Assembly (NCBI GenBank): GCA_000708835.1 | Contig: DF237279.1 | Span: 37,856-101,855 of the forward strand | DNA: 64,000 nt | DNA from: Klebsormidium nitens | Taxonomy: Eukaryota; Plantae; Klebsormidiophyceae | Direction: 5' to 3' | Part shown: positions 57,998 through 64,000 of the stretch, piece by piece | Position numbering within the stretch: the first letter of the stretch is position 1 | Layout: every line of letters starts with the position of its first letter | The notes under the pieces: generated by a model | What the model saw: the letters and a program-made list of their open reading frames with translations, nothing else | What the model was told of the DNA's origin: nothing | Databases searched by the model: none | Position numbers and translations under genes: made by a program

Positions 57998-58447
57998 GAA
58001 TATATGCGAACGACTTGGGGGTAATAGGCAGAGTCCGCCTTTGAATTATTCAGTGACGGGGGGTGATGGTACAAGGTCACCGCGCCCCCCGGAAAGTTCA
58101 CAAAGGACTAGCCTACCCTAAATATTGTCTCTGTTCAGGTAGAGGGCGGGTGGGCAAAGCGAACGTCTGCAAAGTTTGCGAGTTGAAATGATGCTAGTCG
58201 CGACTCGCTGCAAGGTATTTATACTCTATTATTCTAGACTGCAGCTAGTCTAAATATTATCGAAAAAGTCTTATCGAATTATTCAATACTGTTATCGCAC
58301 AATCTCTTATTCGATAATAGCCTATGAATATTTGCAAACGACTTGGGGGTAATAGGCAGAGTCCGCCTTTGAAGTATTCAGTGACGGGGGGTGATGGTAC
58401 AAGGTCACCGCGCCCCCCGGAAAGTTCACAAAGGACTAGCCTACCCT
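57998..58447. repeat. Split direct repeat terminus: two ~122-bp copies (57998-58119 and 58326-58447) around a 206-bp spacer
   Basis: CGACTTGGGGGTAATAGGCAGAGTCCGCC...GGACTAGCCTACCCT occurs twice at offset 328 with few mismatches. Confidence 0.9.
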
Positions 58448-58531
58448 CCAAGGACCCGAGCGGTCTTACAGCTAGCGTTATCCACCGGTCTCTAATCTTG
58501 GTCTTCGAGAATGGTACTTGAGCCTTGGTCT

Positions 58532-59554
58532 TCACGCCGGGGGATGACGCTGGGGGAAAGGGCGATCGGGGGACCGCCAAGTCGACAGCAGAATAAAAGA
58601 GGCCATAAGCGAGGCGACCCGCGCCCGCGCAGGGTCGTCGAACTCCAGGTAGAGCAGATAAGCAGAGGATTTCCAATCCCCCTGTTCCTTGATTTGCGCC
58701 GGGGACGCGCCACACTGAAAAGCAAAGGTTGCGCCACCTCGGCGAAAGGAATGCCCGGCATACCGGGCAGAATCAAAGCCAATTTGCGACAATTCAGATT
58801 TAAATCGGCCCACGAAAGATTTGTGGGTTAAGGTTGTCAGGCGACCAAGTTGGTCGGGAAAAGAAAATGCAAAATCCTCGGGGCCACTTGCCACGGCCGA
58901 AAATAGGCGGCTTAAGGCATTAACCGGGCACAAAATAGAACCGGGAATAGCCGGCAGGGGAACTCGAAGGGTCCGTTGACCAAATTGGATTGTTTTCGTG
59001 CGGCGAAGGTTTACCCAAACCAGGGACATATCCTGGGCAAATTCAAAATCCCCTCGGCGAACCGGAGACTGATCACTGACCGGGTTGGAGCCGTCGTGAA
59101 CAGGGCACACATTGGCCTTACGGAAAAACCCAAAAAAGGCCACCAGCATTGCGGCGACGAAGGCCATAGCCTCAGGAGCAAATAAATCCAAGCGTCGAAT
59201 GATCTTAGATAAAATGTCAGGTGTAACCGCCAGTTTGCGGTTAGGTTGTGTGTCGCCCTTAACCCGTTTTATTCCCCGCAGAGTGCGTTCCAGATTGAAC
59301 ATGGCGGGGAGCGGGTTCATAAACCCAGCTTCAAGATGCAAAATGCGAATTCCATTCAGATAGGTTTTGATTGTACGATAAGAGCAGGTTTCTGCAAGCT
59401 TGGTGACATATAAGCAGACAGTTACCTCGTCCGGCTGCATAGGCCGTAAGTCATACGTAGAGCAAAAGGTCAGATAATATCTCACATGGGCGCCATAGTT
59501 GCGTTGGGAGGATGTCCCCAACCAGTGGGTAATGTACTCAGCCATCTTGTCCAT
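58532..59554 (-). CDS. Tyrosine recombinase of the DIRS-type element
   Basis: Intact ORF. Catalytic pattern R (GFFRKANV), K (RRTKT), H-x-x-R (HSFRRGG), W (GDWKS), Y (SAYLLY). Confidence 0.93.
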   Translation of the reverse strand: MDKMAEYITHWLGTSSQRNYGAHVRYYLTFCSTYDLRPMQPDEVTVCLYVTKLAETCSYRTIKTYLNGIRILHLEAGFMNPLPAMFNLERTLRGIKRVKGDTQPNRKLAVTPDILSKIIRRLDLFAPEAMAFVAAMLVAFFGFFRKANVCPVHDGSNPVSDQSPVRRGDFEFAQDMSLVWVNLRRTKTIQFGQRTLRVPLPAIPGSILCPVNALSRLFSAVASGPEDFAFSFPDQLGRLTTLTHKSFVGRFKSELSQIGFDSARYAGHSFRRGGATFAFQCGASPAQIKEQGDWKSSAYLLYLEFDDPARARVASLMASFILLSTWRSPDRPFPQRHPPA

Positions 59555-59588
59555 AAGCACCGGGAGGGGCGGATCTGGAGAAAAAGGC

Positions 59589-60749
59589 TCAGGATTTTAG
59601 TGCCAAATGACGCCCACTTTTCCAATCTGTAAGGAGAGATGAAAACCGGTAAAAATCACCTCGTGAGAGGGCGTCAGCCAATGAATTTTCTTTGGATGCG
59701 ATATATGTGCTGGTTAACCGAAAATTGTGACGGGCAGAAAGCCAGAAGATGTGACGGACATATTCCATCATGCGTGGGCCAGTTTCGCCCTTTGCCGTGC
59801 CCTTATTGATCACTGCGACGACTATAGTGTTGTCAATATGCAAACGAACATGTAATCCAGTTAAGGCCGCCGAGAATAATCGGCACAGTATAAGCACTGC
59901 AAATAACTCATGTACGTGGATAGGTTCTGTACGATCAGGGGCATCAGGAAATTGTGATGCGGCTTGAGAAAAAGACAGCGAGAAATATCCGCCTAATAGG
60001 AACGCCCCATAGCCGTAACTCGAAGACGCGTCAGTGGAAAAATCATCCAAAGACAGAGGTTTGCTAGGAATCAGCTCAGTTTGGCCGTTAAATTGCGGCA
60101 AAAATTGATGCCACCACTCAAGATCGAGGCGCATTGCCGCCGAAATGCGGATATGATGACGAGGCCGTTTAACGCTCCATTGAGCATCGATCAGGCGACG
60201 CAAAAATGTGCGGCCGCCATATACGACCTTGCAAACCCAATTCAGTTTGCCATTTAGTTTATCCAACTCCTTACGAGTAATACTAGATCGCCCCAGCATT
60301 GCCGAAATAAGAGCGGAAATTGCCGCCAGCTTTTCGGGACTCAAACGAGCCTGCATGGCCACCGAATTTAACGTGATGCCAAGAAAATCGATGATCTGAC
60401 AAGGGGCGATACACTTATGGGCTCGCATGTTAACCTTAAATCCCAGTTTCCTAAGTAAAATTCGGAGCGCCCAGAAAACGTACCAAGCCATAGCCTGGCT
60501 AGGGCAAATGATAATAAAGTCGTCGACATATACGACGAGAACGCGAAATCCACGCCGAGCCATCATGCGAATAATGGCCCGGCCAACGCGATTAAAGACT
60601 TCGCACGCGTTCATCAGTCCGAATTGCAGATAACCGTCAAAATAGAGGTCCTCTAAAGAATCCGTCGGCCAACATAAGGCTGTTTTGTCCCAGTCATAAG
60701 GGTCTATCGGAATGTGACGATAAGCTGCCTCAATATCTACTTTAGCCAT
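59589..60749 (-). CDS. Reverse transcriptase (C-terminal part) plus RNase H, 5'-truncated by the gap
   Basis: KVDIEAAYRHI, LQFGL, YVDDF; RNase H motifs STDAS, HELFAV, HIDN, ADALSR. Confidence 0.92.
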   Translation of the reverse strand: MAKVDIEAAYRHIPIDPYDWDKTALCWPTDSLEDLYFDGYLQFGLMNACEVFNRVGRAIIRMMARRGFRVLVVYVDDFIIICPSQAMAWYVFWALRILLRKLGFKVNMRAHKCIAPCQIIDFLGITLNSVAMQARLSPEKLAAISALISAMLGRSSITRKELDKLNGKLNWVCKVVYGGRTFLRRLIDAQWSVKRPRHHIRISAAMRLDLEWWHQFLPQFNGQTELIPSKPLSLDDFSTDASSSYGYGAFLLGGYFSLSFSQAASQFPDAPDRTEPIHVHELFAVLILCRLFSAALTGLHVRLHIDNTIVVAVINKGTAKGETGPRMMEYVRHIFWLSARHNFRLTSTYIASKENSLADALSRGDFYRFSSLLTDWKSGRHLALKS

Positions 60750-60753
60750 ATAA

Positions 60754-60773
60754 NNNNNNNNNNNNNNNNNNNN
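60754..60773. other. Assembly gap (20 N)
   Basis: Run of n characters. Confidence 1.
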
Positions 60774-61060
60774 AGGCTCGTAGTAGGTGCTACCTAGGCT
60801 AGTAGTACCATAAAAGTCACCGGGCAGCTGAATTGGCTGTGTCTGCAGGCGATGTTACGCTGAATTAGTGACCGGGGACTCACAGCCTGACGGGACCGGC
60901 GGTCCTATACCAACCCACGTGGTATATGTACCACCCCTGTTTCATTGGCCAGTTCAATTCCGTACATTTGACGTGGCCCCGCTGGATGAACAGCCCCGTA
61001 TCTTGCGGGCCCCGGGCAAATCGTAGTGCGCTTTTTGACAACCGGCCGGACAATGTAGTG

Positions 61061-62193
61061 GACAGAGGTTTGCTAGGAATCAGCTCAGTTTGGCCGTTAA
61101 ATTGCGGCAAGAATTGATGCCATCCCTCAAGATCGAGGCGCATTGCCGCCGAAATGCGGATATGATGATGAGGCCGTTTAACGCTCCATTGAGCATCGAT
61201 CAGGCGACGCAAAAATGTGCGGCCGCCATATACGACCTTGCAAACCCAATTCAGTTTGCCATTTAGTTTATCCAACTCTTTACGAGTAATACTAGATCGC
61301 CCCAGCATTGCCGAAATAAGAGCGGAAATTGCCGCCAGCTTTTCGGGACTCAAACGAGCCTGCATGGCCACCGAATTTAACGTGATGCCAAGAAAATCGA
61401 TTATCTGACAAGGGGCGATACACTTATGGGCTCGCATGTTAACCTTAAATCCCAGTTTCCTAAGTAAAATTCGGAGCGCCCAGAAAACGTACCAAGCCAT
61501 AGCCTGGCTAGGGCAAATGATAATAAAGTCGTCGACATATACGACGAGAACGCGAAATCCACGCCGAGCCATCATGCAAATAATGGCCCGGCCAACGCGA
61601 TTAAAGACTTCGCACGTGTTCATCAGTCCGAATTGCAGATAACCGTCAAAATAGAGGTCCTCTAAAGAATCCGTCGGCCAACAGAAGGCTGTTTTGTCCC
61701 AGTCATAAGGGTCTATCGAAATGTGACGATAAGCTGCCTCAATATCTACTTTAGCCATATAACAGTTGGGGCTCATAAGCCGAATGGCGTCGTCCACAGA
61801 TTGGAACGAGAAATTTGACTGCGTTAACTCATCATTTAACGAGCGACCCGTGGGCCGCGAATGGTCGTGGATCACTCGTACGGTAGATTCTGTTTTTGGA
61901 ACTGCTCCCAGCGCGTGCACATAGCGCGAAGTGACGCAGGGCGGCGGCCGAAATATCCGCTGCGCAATGATATCACGATCCAGAGCGTCTTGAACCATCT
62001 GACGCGACTCATATGCCGACTTGTAATTATTACATTTAAAAGGTATCAAAGTCGATTCTGTACCTGACGTCAAACTTAATCCGTGTTCTACTAAACATAG
62101 CAAAAATTCCTGGTCCTCATCATTACGAAGTTCCGTTTGCCACGCTTCAAGATTGAGCGGCCTTAAGCTACGCAAAGATTCGATCCACTCCAC
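61061..62193 (-). pseudogene. Second RT copy (N-terminal part and polymerase core), truncated before RNase H
   Basis: ALGAVPK, RVIHDHSRP, KVDIEAAY, YVDDF. Homology to the first copy stops abruptly at PSKPLS (61061), after which unrelated sequence runs to the gap. Confidence 0.8.
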
Positions 62194-62233
62194 CCGCTCG
62201 GGAGGGAAGGCCCGTCAGCGCCCCGGGCACCGA

Positions 62234-63921
62234 TTATCCTGCGTGGTCCGGGTTGTTGTTGGCGGCCGGGCCGTCGGCACGGCGGTTGGGATTGTTGGGG
62301 CAGGCTCCAGGGGCATGTACCCGGGTGTCGCCGCAGGGGCAGGGTTTGTGGCCTTTGACGTATAGGCAGGCCGCGCCGTTGGCGCAAGCCCCGGTGTTGA
62401 ACCACGTGAAGCACCGGTCGTAGCGAGGGCCCCGTGGGCCACGTGCAGTACCCGCCGAGCGCCTTGTACCGGTCCCTGTCTCAAGAAATGGCTGACCCGG
62501 TTTATTCACCCTGGCGGCAGCCATAGCCGCGAAATGCGCCATTCGCATGGGGCACAGAATGTCAAACGGTGCCCCGGTTGTCCACTGCTGTAGGCGGTGA
62601 GTTGTGTCGAACTCAATAAAGGTCTCAAACGGCCAACCATTGCCCCCACATTTGGGGTCTAAGAGGAGGGTCATGCACGACTCAATATACCGGTCATAAT
62701 CGGGCCCCTGAATTGCGCCAATATGTAACAGAGCCAATTTAATGCGCTCAGAAGCCTTCACATACGCAGGGATATCAGGGCATTTGATCTTTTTAGCAGA
62801 AACGCCGGACATATCCGGCTGGAAGAGACGGAACCAGTGATCTGATCAACCAGAAGCTTATTCGGCGCATTTCTAACCGCATTTGCAGCATTAACCGTCA
62901 GAAAATCGTCAACCAGCAACGGCTTAGGTGGCTGGACTGGGACGAAGTGACCGGGGAACGTACTCTGACGAGGCCCCGTGGGCATGGGAGCTGTCACTTG
63001 GCTCAGCCGGGCGTAGTCGAAGCCCGTACGTGGGAAGGGGCCCGCCGATGTCGGCGGAGCCGGGGCAGGACCGCCGAAGTAGAAGGCGGCCGGGGGGAGT
63101 GCTGTCTGTACGGGGTAGGCCGGGGGAGGTGCAAACGGGGGGGGTGGAATGCCCCCCAGCGTCGCACCAGGAACCTGCGGGGGAAAGTGTGCCGCCGGGG
63201 GTGCCACCCCGGGCGGCGCGCCATAGCGCGCCTCCGGGCGAATGAGAACCGGGGGAGCTGTCTGAGGCGGTGCCCCGTGTCCCGGGGCTTGCATGTATTC
63301 ACGAATGCCCCCCTGGATGGAACTGGTCAGAGTTGCCTGGAGGCGCTGCTCAAGAGCCTGGAGGGGGTCATATCCTGCAATAACTGGGGCCCCCCCATAG
63401 GGCTGCGGACCGGGAGCCGTCCCCCCGGTCGTGGGAACAAACATGGTAGGGCCTTCCCCACCATTGGGGGGGAACTGAGGGGGGTTGAATGCGTGGCCAT
63501 ACCTCGCTCCCTGAGGTAAACCAGGAGGGGTGTGAAAAGCCCCTGTCTCTCTGTTATGCTGGAAACCGACCTGCGGCCCTAGCCGCTCGTGAATAGACCG
63601 ACCCCTCAGCTGCTCAGAGAAACGCATATTCTCATCGTTATCAACCCCATGGTTAAGGATCCTGTGATTAACATCTGTTACCAGCTGAGAAGTGGGAACC
63701 ACCTGCTGCTCAGGGAGAGAGCCATGGCTACCCTGGCGAACAAAACCCCTGCCATAGAAGGGGTTGGCGCCATTGCGCTCTAGGGAAAGCAAATCATTGC
63801 CGCCATTGCGGCTCAAAGGATCAGCTGCGTCATCATGACGCTGAACAAACCCAAGATCTCGGGAACCATTATCGCCAGCATCAGTCACTGTGCCATCATG
63901 ATTGCCTCCCAAATTGGCCAT
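62234..63921 (-). CDS. Gag-like region of the element, split across two overlapping frames (63921-62758 and 62812-62234), with a C-terminal Cys/His finger
   Basis: Pro-rich N-terminal ORF, then an ORF ending CFTWFNTGACANGAACLYVKGHKPCPCGDTRVHAPGAC. Lies immediately upstream of RT on the same strand. Confidence 0.7.
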
Positions 63922-64000
63922 GGTAGATGGACGTCTCCTTGGAGGATAAGTGGGTCGGCGGCGAGCAGGAGGGCGACGAGGAGGAGACCGGGAGCGTGAC

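Larger units (their letters stand above)
57998..64000 (-). mobile_element. DIRS-order (tyrosine recombinase) retrotransposon region with split-direct-repeat type 3' end; 5' end runs off the window
   Basis: Same-strand order gag-like, RT/RNase H, tyrosine recombinase, followed by two ~122-bp direct repeats. No DDE integrase seen. Interrupted by an N gap, and part of RT is duplicated. Confidence 0.92.

Overview
Intron-rich eukaryotic genomic DNA. The GC level, GT-AG exon structure, plastid-type transit peptides and 3'-UTR TPP riboswitches suggest a streptophyte alga or early-diverging green plant (Klebsormidium-like); this is an inference. Gene models assembled by hand: a partial membrane-protein ORF, GCAT/kbl (-) head-to-head with a CPYC glutaredoxin (+), a small prokaryote/phage-like ORF, a giant 10-exon low-complexity gene (~4,400 aa), THI1/THI4 (-) head-to-head with THIC (+), a secreted NTF2/DUF4440-like gene (-) head-to-head with an aldo-keto reductase (+), a poorly resolved low-complexity gene, and a DIRS-order tyrosine-recombinase retrotransposon region interrupted by a 20-N gap. 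The main result is a compact thiamine module. The thiazole (THI1) and pyrimidine (THIC) synthase genes diverge from an 850-bp shared region rich in GTAC palindromes. Each carries a 3'-UTR TPP riboswitch. The two aptamers are 103/108 identical and differ only at structure-neutral positions, and both have the same 13-nt motif, a putative GC splice donor, about 80-85 nt upstream.
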